NCBI GenBank assembly: GCA_964612105.1
Contig: CAZTEU010000005.1
Span: forward strand, 45,039-109,038
Source: an uncultured Gammaproteobacteria bacterium
GTDB lineage: Bacteria; Patescibacteriota; Patescibacteriia; Magasanikbacterales; UBA922
DNA length: 64,000 nucleotides
Direction: 5' to 3'
Both the position numbers and the translations under genes were made by a program. Below are positions 18,095-26,334 of the stretch, one piece after another. Position 1 is the stretch's first letter, and each line of letters opens with the position of its first letter. The notes beneath the pieces were generated by a model. It did no database searches. It worked only from the letters and a program-made list of their open reading frames with translations, and had not been told where the DNA came from.

Positions 18095-19834
18095 ATGAAA
18101 TCAATACTCCCTAAAAAAATATTATTCTCACTGGGAATTTTTTTATTTGTTTTTGGAGTAATGAGTTATCCCCCACAAGCTAAGTCTGCAAAGTTAGACT
18201 TTGGAGCTGTTTGTACAGGAGATTCTCAATGCGATTCTGGAGAATGCGAAAACAGCACAAAAAAAGATGCGAAAGGACAGACAATAGCCTACTGTGTGTG
18301 TGAGGAAGAAGTTGTAGGAGAAGATGGTTTAGATTGTGCAAAGAAATATGGTGGAACATCTTCTGACTGGACTTGTGAAGATGGTGGAGATGCAAGTTGG
18401 AATATAAACTATTGTGTTAGTACAAAAGATGATAATGATAAGAGGTATGCTGTTCCAGTAAAGATACTAGGTGCTCTAAGTGGAGTTTCAGATGCAATCA
18501 TAAAATCCGGTACTGGAGTAACGAAAGACGAAATAGACACCTTAGTTACAACACCTCAACCTAGGATAAAAATCCCTGGATTAAACTTTACTAAAGTGGA
18601 AAACCTGCGAGATTTAGCTACCAAAGAACAAACTCCAGACGGTCGAGAAGAGTTATATATAAACATACCATTTTTTGGGGAATACATAGCTACTATATAT
18701 AGATTTGCAGTAATACTTGCTAGTATTTGGGCCATTGTATACATGATGGACGCTGGACTACTACTAATAATTGCTGGAGGTAATGCAGAAAAAATTCAAC
18801 AGGCAAAACATAAAATAGTACGGGGTTTCTCTGGATTGTTCATTATATTAGGATCATATGTGCTGTTATACACATTAAATCCAGAGTTGGTGACGTTTAA
18901 GAATCTAAGGATATTGTATGTAGAGACAGAGCCATATCCAGAGATAACACATGAAACTGCTCATCAGGGTCCAGGTGGAACTTTGCTTCCTGCGAATGGA
19001 TTAGTAGCAAAAAAAGTAACCTCATTTGGTGAGCTTACAGAACAAGATTTTACAAAAGATAAAATGAACGCAATAATGACTGACGGATGGAAAGTTTGGC
19101 AATCTTTTACACAAACAGAAAAACAGGAGGTTTTACCACATTTATTTAAGTATATTGGCGAATGCCCACAATCTTCTAGCTTAATTAACATGGGTATTAA
19201 TCATGCCAACTGGTCCAAGAAAAAAATCCACAAGGATGCACTTCCGGCAGCCCAGCTACTTGCAAAAATTGCAGATAGAGAAGGGTTCAGGATATATATA
19301 TCCTCTACTTATCGCACAACTTTGAGACAAACACAGATATGGAATACAGGAATAGTGGCGAGGTATAAGCAAAAAAGATCAGGATGGAAAAGAAATGAGG
19401 GTAAAATCGGACGCCCTTCGTGTGGTTCACCACATAACTCCGGAGCTGCAATGGATGTAAATCTGAAAATACCAGTAAAGAAAGGCGGTAAAATAACATA
19501 TAAGTGCGTGGCTTGTCAGAACGATAAAAAGTACTTTATAACAGCAAAGACCGACTCAGCGGCCATAAAACAATATGAACAACAGTATCTAGGTGGAAGC
19601 GATGGTGGACTATATAGATTAATACTGGAAGAGATGTTCAAAGAGGCTGGTTGGGTAAGATACTGTGATGAGTATTGGCATTTTGAGACTGCAGTTACAA
19701 CACGTTACAACAAGTGGGATAAAGCTCCAGAGACACGTTGTGTAAGACACTATAAAAATTGGAAGCCTGAAATAGAAGACAATATAAAGAAAAAAGCAAA
19801 CTCTCTTACAAAAACTGGCACATTGTTTAAATAA
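18095..19834 (+). CDS. secreted Cys-rich / pilin-like TM / peptidase M15 (VanY/LAS-type D,D-carboxypeptidase) fusion protein
   Basis: Signal peptide from MKSILPKK; 18-Cys N-domain; two-helix hydrophobic hairpin resembling TrbC/VirB2 pilins; C-terminal SPHNSGAAMDV (H-x6-D) and EYWHFE Zn-ligand motifs of M15 peptidases. Confidence 0.6.
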   Translation: MKSILPKKILFSLGIFLFVFGVMSYPPQAKSAKLDFGAVCTGDSQCDSGECENSTKKDAKGQTIAYCVCEEEVVGEDGLDCAKKYGGTSSDWTCEDGGDASWNINYCVSTKDDNDKRYAVPVKILGALSGVSDAIIKSGTGVTKDEIDTLVTTPQPRIKIPGLNFTKVENLRDLATKEQTPDGREELYINIPFFGEYIATIYRFAVILASIWAIVYMMDAGLLLIIAGGNAEKIQQAKHKIVRGFSGLFIILGSYVLLYTLNPELVTFKNLRILYVETEPYPEITHETAHQGPGGTLLPANGLVAKKVTSFGELTEQDFTKDKMNAIMTDGWKVWQSFTQTEKQEVLPHLFKYIGECPQSSSLINMGINHANWSKKKIHKDALPAAQLLAKIADREGFRIYISSTYRTTLRQTQIWNTGIVARYKQKRSGWKRNEGKIGRPSCGSPHNSGAAMDVNLKIPVKKGGKITYKCVACQNDKKYFITAKTDSAAIKQYEQQYLGGSDGGLYRLILEEMFKEAGWVRYCDEYWHFETAVTTRYNKWDKAPETRCVRHYKNWKPEIEDNIKKKANSLTKTGTLFK

Positions 19835-19889
19835 CGGATACATGTAATAATATAGGAACCTGTCGTGAGACAGGTTTTAATATACAAAT

Positions 19890-21224
19890 ATGACAAAAGA
19901 AACAATAATCTTCGTGTGCTCTAACTGCGACGCTCAATTCCAGAAATGGACTGGACAATGCTTCGAATGTGGTAAATGGGGTACAGTAGAAAACAAGACA
20001 GCAATCACAGATAACAAATCTGGAGACAGTAAAGTTATTGGTGTAGGTGTAAACACACAAAAGCTAGGTGAAATAAAAAATGTAGATTCTTTTAGGAACT
20101 CCTCAAAAATTGGAGAACTAGATCGTGTTCTTGGTGGTGGAATAGTACCAGGTAGTTTAATACTTCTTGGAGGAGAGCCTGGTATTGGAAAATCCACTCT
20201 TTCTTTGCAAATTGCAAACAATATGAAAAAGTCACTATACATTTCTGGAGAAGAATCAATAAATCAGATTAAGATGAGAGCAGACAGACTTGGTAATGCA
20301 AATGCAGATATGTTAGTTATGCATGAGAATGATATAGAAAATATATGCGCAACAATAAAAAAAGAGTCTCCGGAGATTGTAATAATAGACTCAATACAAA
20401 CAATGATATCCAATGACACAAGTGGAGAGCCTGGAAATGTAAATCAGGTGCGTGTGTGTGCAACAAAGCTTTTGGATTCTGCTAAGCAAAGTAAGAGTGC
20501 TATAGTTATTATTGGTCATGTTACAAAAGATGGTTCTGTTGCTGGACCAAAGACTCTGGAACATCTAGTAGATACTGTTTTGTACATTGAGGGAGATAGG
20601 TACTACCAAACAAGACTTTTGAGAACAATAAAAAATAGGTTTGGCTCTACAGATGAAGTAGGTGTCTTTGAAATGAACGAACTCGGTCTTAAGGAAGTAA
20701 AAAACCCATCATCTGCTTTCTTAGAAGAGCGTGCAGATGATACGCCTGGCAGTGTTGTTACTTGTCTTATAGAAGGCACTCGCCCACTACTAATTGAGGT
20801 GCAGGCATTAGTAAATAAAACTAGTTTTGGATATCCTGTACGCAAAGCAAGCGGTTTCGATCTAAATAGATTACATGTACTTGTAGCTGTACTACAAAAA
20901 AGAGCAGGACTGCAGTTAGGTCAGTATGATATCCATGTAAATGTAGTTGGAGGATTAAAAGCACAAGAGCCGGCTGCAGACTTAGCAGTATGTCTTGCTA
21001 TAGCAAGCTCTTTTAAGGACAAGGTACTTGGTGGAGATTTGGTAGTTTTTGGAGAAGTTGGATTAGGTGGAGAAGTAAGAAGAGTAAATCAGTCTCAAAA
21101 AAGAATAAAAGAGTGTGAGAAACTTGGTATGCAACGAGTAGTAACTTCCAAAAACCCAGGTAATGTTCATGGAACAAAGATTATAGAAGTAAAGAATATA
21201 GCAGAACTAATCCAGAAAACATAA
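19890..21224 (+). CDS. radA: DNA repair protein RadA (Sms)
   Basis: N-terminal C4 zinc finger (CSNCDAQFQKWTGQCFECGKWG), RecA-like Walker A GEPGIGKST, KNRFG motif, Lon-like C-terminus. Confidence 0.95.
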   Translation: MTKETIIFVCSNCDAQFQKWTGQCFECGKWGTVENKTAITDNKSGDSKVIGVGVNTQKLGEIKNVDSFRNSSKIGELDRVLGGGIVPGSLILLGGEPGIGKSTLSLQIANNMKKSLYISGEESINQIKMRADRLGNANADMLVMHENDIENICATIKKESPEIVIIDSIQTMISNDTSGEPGNVNQVRVCATKLLDSAKQSKSAIVIIGHVTKDGSVAGPKTLEHLVDTVLYIEGDRYYQTRLLRTIKNRFGSTDEVGVFEMNELGLKEVKNPSSAFLEERADDTPGSVVTCLIEGTRPLLIEVQALVNKTSFGYPVRKASGFDLNRLHVLVAVLQKRAGLQLGQYDIHVNVVGGLKAQEPAADLAVCLAIASSFKDKVLGGDLVVFGEVGLGGEVRRVNQSQKRIKECEKLGMQRVVTSKNPGNVHGTKIIEVKNIAELIQKT

Positions 21225-21244
21225 AACCACCTTGTGGGTGGAAT

Positions 21245-21610
21245 ATTGACCGCCGACCCGCCCGAACCACTCAGAAGCAAGCTTCTTTGTGATCCGGACA
21301 GGTCAGACGTGTGAGACTGGTTGAGAACTACACCATACCAACGTGGGCATTGGAGATTCCGATGGAACCCCTGATGATCTGGCCAGACGCTGTGAGGTTG
21401 TAGTTGGAACAGGCACGAACATACCCGCGGTAATTCTCACGGTCATCTTCCGTGCGATTACCGCTCAGAATCCACCTCGCGTAGTCCTGAGGGATTCTGT
21501 GCTCAACACGGAGCCTGGCAACAATCTGTCGCCCCTGTGAAAATTCGCTCTGATGGACACTCATGCTCTCTTTCCTCCTGTTTAGGGGTATTTACCCCTA
21601 AGAAATTGAA
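21245..21610. other. GC-rich micro-island B
   Basis: 60-nt sample 21251-21310 counts 36/60 G+C versus 20/60 in adjacent recG 3' end; flanked by hairpins CCACCTTGTGGGTGG and AGGGGTATTTACCCCT. Confidence 0.7.
21328..21564 (-). CDS. hypothetical 78-aa protein, island B
   Basis: CAGGAGGAAAGAGAGCATG upstream; no recognised domain. Confidence 0.5.
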   Translation of the reverse strand: MSVHQSEFSQGRQIVARLRVEHRIPQDYARWILSGNRTEDDRENYRGYVRACSNYNLTASGQIIRGSIGISNAHVGMV

Positions 21611-21636
21611 TTCGTCAAAAACTATATACTAAAATA

Positions 21637-21665
21637 TCCCTTTTGTCAAGGGATACTTTTTATTC
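21637..21665. terminator. terminator hairpin ATCCCTTTTGTCAAGGGAT + T-run
   Basis: Shares CCCTTTTGTCAAGGG core with 10043-10070. Confidence 0.7.
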
Positions 21666-23726
21666 CAAATGTACTGTCTTTTCCCACTCTTTTAACTTCT
21701 CCTTAATACTTGGTACCTTATCAAAATCTATATCCCTAGCTAATTCCCTAGCTGTCTTAATCAGCTCAACATCCTGCATAGTAGCAAACTGCAATTGCAT
21801 TAATCCACTTTGAGATGTCCCATATACTTCTCCCGGTCCTCGCATAGCAAGATCATATTCTGCAACATCAAAACCGTCTGTGTTTTTCTCAAAAAAACCA
21901 AGCCTGTCTTTTACAAAATCAGAATCACTGTCTGTAAATAAAAGACAAAATGATTGATGAGAACTTCTTCCAACCCTACCACGAAACTGATGAAGTTGTG
22001 CAAGACCAAACCTGTCCGCCCCCTCAATCATCATAACAGACGCATTTGGAATATCTACACCAACCTCAACAACAGACGTAGACACAAGAATATCTGTCTT
22101 CCCATTCGCAAAATCTTTCATTACCCTGTCCTTTTCCTCTGTCTTCATCTTTCCATGCAAATAATCCATGCTTAGTTTTGGAAAAATATCTCTGTTTAGC
22201 TTCTCATATTCTTGCATTACAGATTTCTTCTCAGCACCTTTTGTTGCGTCTATCATTGGACATATTACAAAAATCTGTCTACCTTTTTTTACCTGCTGTT
22301 CTATAAAATCATATGCCATTCCCCTATTCTTTGGTTCCACTAAACGAGTTTTAATAGGTTTTCTTCCTTGTGGCATTTCCTTAATTACAGATAAATCTAA
22401 ATCTCCATAAAGAGTAAGAGCAAAAGAACGAGGAATAGGTGTAGCTGTCATACTAAGAAAGTGCGGTTGAGTGTCCGGATCCCCTGACTTTTCCCTAAGT
22501 TTCTTCCTCTGTTTAACACCAAACCTGTGTTGTTCGTCTACAATTACCAATCCAAGATTGTGAAATACAACATCGTCAGAAAGTATAGCGTGGGTTCCTA
22601 CAAGCACATCTATATTCCCCTCCTCTATATTCCTATACAACTCTCTTTTCCTTCCTGCTTTTGTTTTTTCTTTTAATTCTATACCAATAGTCTCCAACTG
22701 AGAACGTGTAACAAGCGCAATAGCAATTTCTTTCCCTAAAACTTTCTGTAATGATTCAAAATGTTGTTTTGCAAGTATTTCCGTAGGTGCCATCATTATT
22801 GTCTGGAAATTACTCAAAACAGAATTATACATAACCAAACCAGCAACAACCGTCTTTCCAGAGCCTACATCCCCCTCCAAAAGCCTGTTCATTGGATTAG
22901 CCCTCCCTAAATCTTGCAATATATCCCATGCAGATACCTTTTGTGCATTAGTAAGATTAAAAGGAAGTCTTGCAACAAACTCTTTCACCTCCTTTTCCCT
23001 AAACTCAATTTGTGGAGCACTGTGTCTTTTTAATGACTGACGTAACATTTCTGCACGAAGCTGAAGAATAAAAAGTTCATCAAATTTGAGTCTTTTTTGC
23101 GCATGAGTTAGCTCATCCTTATCATCTGGAAAATGAATAGAGCGCACAGCTTCTGCATATGGCATTATATCCACCTCTTCTCTTATATCATCTGGAATCC
23201 AATCCTCCAAACTATCTGCTAGATGTACAACCTGACTCATTAAAAAACGTAATTGTTTCTGTGTAATACCGGCAGTAAGAGAATACATAGGGACAATTCT
23301 TCCTGTATGTACAGTTTCACTTTTCATTTTCTCATAACTGGGGCTTTTCATAACAGTACCAAACATATCTGTACTAACTTTTCCAGAGAAATAAACCATA
23401 TCACCGGATTTTATATTCTTAGAAATATATGGTTGCCCCCACCACACAATTCTCAATTGTTCCTCATCATCACTAACAACAGCTTCTGTTATTATTTTTC
23501 TCTTCTTATAACTTCTTTTACTATTAATTAATTCTACCCTTGCCAACACAGTTACCTGCTCTCCTTCAACAAGATTAGATATAGGGACAGTCTGACTAAA
23601 GTCTTCATAACGAAATGGAAAGTAAAACAACAAATCCCCTGCTGTCTCTATTCCAAGGCGTGACAGGCGGGTAGACAATGCTTTCCCTACTGTCTTAAGT
23701 GCAGATATTGGGGTTTGTTTATTCAT
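21660..23726 (-). CDS. recG: ATP-dependent DNA helicase RecG
   Basis: 688 aa; wedge domain, DEQHRFGV (DExH), helicase motifs. Confidence 0.95.
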   Translation of the reverse strand: MNKQTPISALKTVGKALSTRLSRLGIETAGDLLFYFPFRYEDFSQTVPISNLVEGEQVTVLARVELINSKRSYKKRKIITEAVVSDDEEQLRIVWWGQPYISKNIKSGDMVYFSGKVSTDMFGTVMKSPSYEKMKSETVHTGRIVPMYSLTAGITQKQLRFLMSQVVHLADSLEDWIPDDIREEVDIMPYAEAVRSIHFPDDKDELTHAQKRLKFDELFILQLRAEMLRQSLKRHSAPQIEFREKEVKEFVARLPFNLTNAQKVSAWDILQDLGRANPMNRLLEGDVGSGKTVVAGLVMYNSVLSNFQTIMMAPTEILAKQHFESLQKVLGKEIAIALVTRSQLETIGIELKEKTKAGRKRELYRNIEEGNIDVLVGTHAILSDDVVFHNLGLVIVDEQHRFGVKQRKKLREKSGDPDTQPHFLSMTATPIPRSFALTLYGDLDLSVIKEMPQGRKPIKTRLVEPKNRGMAYDFIEQQVKKGRQIFVICPMIDATKGAEKKSVMQEYEKLNRDIFPKLSMDYLHGKMKTEEKDRVMKDFANGKTDILVSTSVVEVGVDIPNASVMMIEGADRFGLAQLHQFRGRVGRSSHQSFCLLFTDSDSDFVKDRLGFFEKNTDGFDVAEYDLAMRGPGEVYGTSQSGLMQLQFATMQDVELIKTARELARDIDFDKVPSIKEKLKEWEKTVHLE

Positions 23727-23794
23727 ACTGAGTTATTGTACGGGATTTTTGTAATAAAAACAAAAAAACACCATTTTGGGTGTTTCTGGTCCGC

Positions 23795-24100
23795 TGGCTC
23801 GACCACTACTCCGTAGAGTGTGGCCAAGCCAGAGGACATGTTCTACCTCTCCTTCTGTGAACGTACAAACCGTCGTCGTGCTTTCGCAACGATTTCGGAA
23901 ATACGCATGAGTTCCTTGAGTCGACTGAGATCAACCCTGTTCGCTTGCCTTTTCGGTGTTTCAACCTTACCCAGGTATGAAACACCTGGACGATCAAAAC
24001 GAGTCTCTCCGTATGGTCCCCCCATGACTGGCCTCCTGATTGTGCTTCGTTTCTATGGGTTTTTATATCACTGTAGGACATGTCTGTCAATTTAAAAACA
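23795..24100. other. GC-rich micro-island C
   Basis: G+C-rich segment between two AAAAACACC...GGTGTTTT hairpins. Confidence 0.65.
23843..24025 (-). CDS. hypothetical highly basic 60-aa protein, island C
   Basis: AGGAGG 6 nt upstream of ATG; overlapping antisense ORFs lack RBS. Confidence 0.45.
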   Translation of the reverse strand: MGGPYGETRFDRPGVSYLGKVETPKRQANRVDLSRLKELMRISEIVAKARRRFVRSQKER

Positions 24101-24130
24101 AAAAAACACCCTTACAGGTGTTTTATTTTG

Positions 24131-24147
24131 TGCTCCCGACAGGAATA
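24131..24147. repeat. 17-nt direct repeat of tRNA-Arg 3' end (GTGCTCCCGACAGGAAT)
   Basis: Exact match to 24208-24224 inside the tRNA gene, about 60 nt away; att-like duplication. Confidence 0.75.
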
Positions 24148-24210
24148 CTGAGGTGTCCCTAGCTGGAATCACTCACATAAAAAAGTGTGCAAGCACACTT
24201 TTTTGCGTTC

Positions 24211-24282
24211 GTGCTCCCGACAGGAATCGAACCTATACCGATGGCTCCGCAAGCCACTGTTCTATCCATTAAACTACGGGAG
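24211..24282 (-). tRNA. tRNA-Arg (anticodon GCG by manual fold)
   Basis: rc folds as cloverleaf: acceptor GCTCCCG/CGGGAGC, anticodon stem GTGGC/GCCAT, loop TTGCGGA, T-loop TTCGATT; 72 nt, no encoded CCA. Confidence 0.8.
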
Positions 24283-24338
24283 CTTGATTGTTATCAACGC
24301 GAAAATTATATACCAAAAAACAGGTAGTGTCAACCTGT

Positions 24339-24842
24339 TTAATGAAACCTCCACTTCCTAGCGAAAGTGTCAGCATGAGGTTCGTTCTCTTTGTCTAGGT
24401 CTTCTTCTAGGTAGTGGCGTAGTGTTTTACGTATTTCTATTGGATTGTTATCCATAAGAGGCACTCTTAGCAAAGGACGTACGTTGGATTTTGTATCAAA
24501 GAATAGCATTTTTACTTCTGGTGGGTCATATATAATGTAAAAATCATATAATTCACTATATGTGTAAAACCTGTTTCCTACAATTACACCAAGGCTGGAT
24601 ATAGCAAAGGAAACATCCATTGGGTCTTGTTTGCCTTGTACAAACAATATAATTCCAGCTAATACAATAACAAGAGCAAATAGAAAGTTACCACTTATTA
24701 CTCCATAGAGCACTAAAAGTGACATGAGAATACCAACAACAACGTACCATGCCATTGGACGCTCATGTTTTTCGAACTCTTTTACTGTCCACTGATGCTC
24801 TATGTCACCAATGAGTGTAGATTCTGTTATTGCTTTTGGCAT
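24339..24842 (-). CDS. hypothetical membrane protein (start taken at MPKAITE)
   Basis: ORF track 24339..24917; two TM helices. Confidence 0.45.
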   Translation of the reverse strand: MPKAITESTLIGDIEHQWTVKEFEKHERPMAWYVVVGILMSLLVLYGVISGNFLFALVIVLAGIILFVQGKQDPMDVSFAISSLGVIVGNRFYTYSELYDFYIIYDPPEVKMLFFDTKSNVRPLLRVPLMDNNPIEIRKTLRHYLEEDLDKENEPHADTFARKWRFH

Positions 24843-24899
24843 GACAATATTATACCACAATTGCAAATATGGGGAAAATAGGCTATACTCAGCGCTAGT

Positions 24900-26333
24900 A
24901 TGCGACACGAGTACCATAATTTTGCCACTGAGAGGGAAAAACCATCACGCCCTAAATACTGGGGCTATTTCTTATTGTTTTTGGTATTCCTGTTCTTTAT
25001 GACAGGCTGTCTAAGATTTTTGTTTGGGTCTAGATTAATCTCAGAAGACCCTATGGCATATGATCCGGTAACTCTAGATCCAAAGCCACCTGAGGGACTT
25101 ATTAAAAGAATTGGTCATTTTGTTCTGAGTCGGGATGTCACCCTGTCCGGACAAAGAAAAGATCGTATTAATATATTGCTACTAGGTATGGGTGGAGAAG
25201 GTCATGATGGACCCTATCTTACAGATACAATAATTGTTGGGAGTGTAAAACCGTCTACGGGACAAGTCGCTCTTGTTTCTATCCCACGCGATCTTGGAGT
25301 AAAGATTCCGGGGAGAGGTGTAAGGAAAATTAATCATGCCAATGCGTATGGTGAAGCAAAAAAAACAGATTGGGGGGCAGCATTTGCTACAGAAGTAATA
25401 GAAGATACTTTTGATGTGGATATAAACTATTATATACGTTTAGATTTTAGTGCGTTTAAGCAAATTATTGATGAGGTTGGAGGTATTACGGTTAATGTAG
25501 AGAGAAGTTTTGCAGATCACACTTACCCAGCAGATAATAATGATTTCCAAACTGTTAGTTTTACAAAAGGTATTACAAAAATGGATGGAGACATGGCACT
25601 AAAGTATGCGCGCTCTCGTCACGGAAATAATGGAGAAGGTTCAGATTTTGCAAGAGCTCGTCGTCAACAAAAAATGCTATTAGCATTAAAGAAAAAAATA
25701 TTATCTTTTTCTACATTATCTAATCCTGTTCGTTTACACAACATCGTAAAAACACTAGATAAGCACATAACAACAAACATGGAGTTTTCAGATATAATAG
25801 CGTTTGTTAGGTTGGCAAGAGAAGCAGACACTGGTACCATGAAAACAGTGGTGCTGGACAGTTCTGTTAATGGTTTTTTACAAAATGGATATAGTCCAGA
25901 CGGAGCGTTTATCCTAGAATCCAAGACAGGATCATTTAAGGAGATAAGGAAGATGATAGATAATATATTCGAAGAAGATGTAGAGCTCGGAGTTGAGGGT
26001 GCCCCAACACCTATTCCTGTACAAGAAGAACCAGAGATTGCACAAGTAAACCTAGAGATACAAAATGGTACATGGAGAGCAGGACTTGCTGCAAGAATGA
26101 GAAAGAGGTTGCAGGATAAAGGATTTAAAGTAAGTAATATTGGAAACACAGAAGAAAGACCTCAATTTGCAAGTGGAATATATGACATTGTTGGCAATGA
26201 CGACTCTCACGAATTAGTGACAGCATTACAGGATGAATTACACATTCCTGTAAAACAAAAAGTTCCAGATGGATTAAGTGCAACAAGCACAACAGAAATT
26301 CTAATTATATTAGGGGAAGATATACAAGAGTGA
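24900..26333 (+). CDS. LCP family protein (LytR-CpsA-Psr) cell-envelope phosphotransferase
   Basis: N-terminal TM, INILLLGMGGEGHDGPYLTDTIIVGS...IPRDL LCP core, C-terminal LytR_C-like region. Confidence 0.85.
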   Translation: MRHEYHNFATEREKPSRPKYWGYFLLFLVFLFFMTGCLRFLFGSRLISEDPMAYDPVTLDPKPPEGLIKRIGHFVLSRDVTLSGQRKDRINILLLGMGGEGHDGPYLTDTIIVGSVKPSTGQVALVSIPRDLGVKIPGRGVRKINHANAYGEAKKTDWGAAFATEVIEDTFDVDINYYIRLDFSAFKQIIDEVGGITVNVERSFADHTYPADNNDFQTVSFTKGITKMDGDMALKYARSRHGNNGEGSDFARARRQQKMLLALKKKILSFSTLSNPVRLHNIVKTLDKHITTNMEFSDIIAFVRLAREADTGTMKTVVLDSSVNGFLQNGYSPDGAFILESKTGSFKEIRKMIDNIFEEDVELGVEGAPTPIPVQEEPEIAQVNLEIQNGTWRAGLAARMRKRLQDKGFKVSNIGNTEERPQFASGIYDIVGNDDSHELVTALQDELHIPVKQKVPDGLSATSTTEILIILGEDIQE

Positions 26334-26334
26334 T

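Noticed and set aside
23806-24095. ORFs 23806-24090 (-) and 23820-24095 (+) in island C
   Set aside because: No RBS. They overlap the 60-aa ORF that has AGGAGG. Calling any gene here is low confidence, but these two are the weakest.
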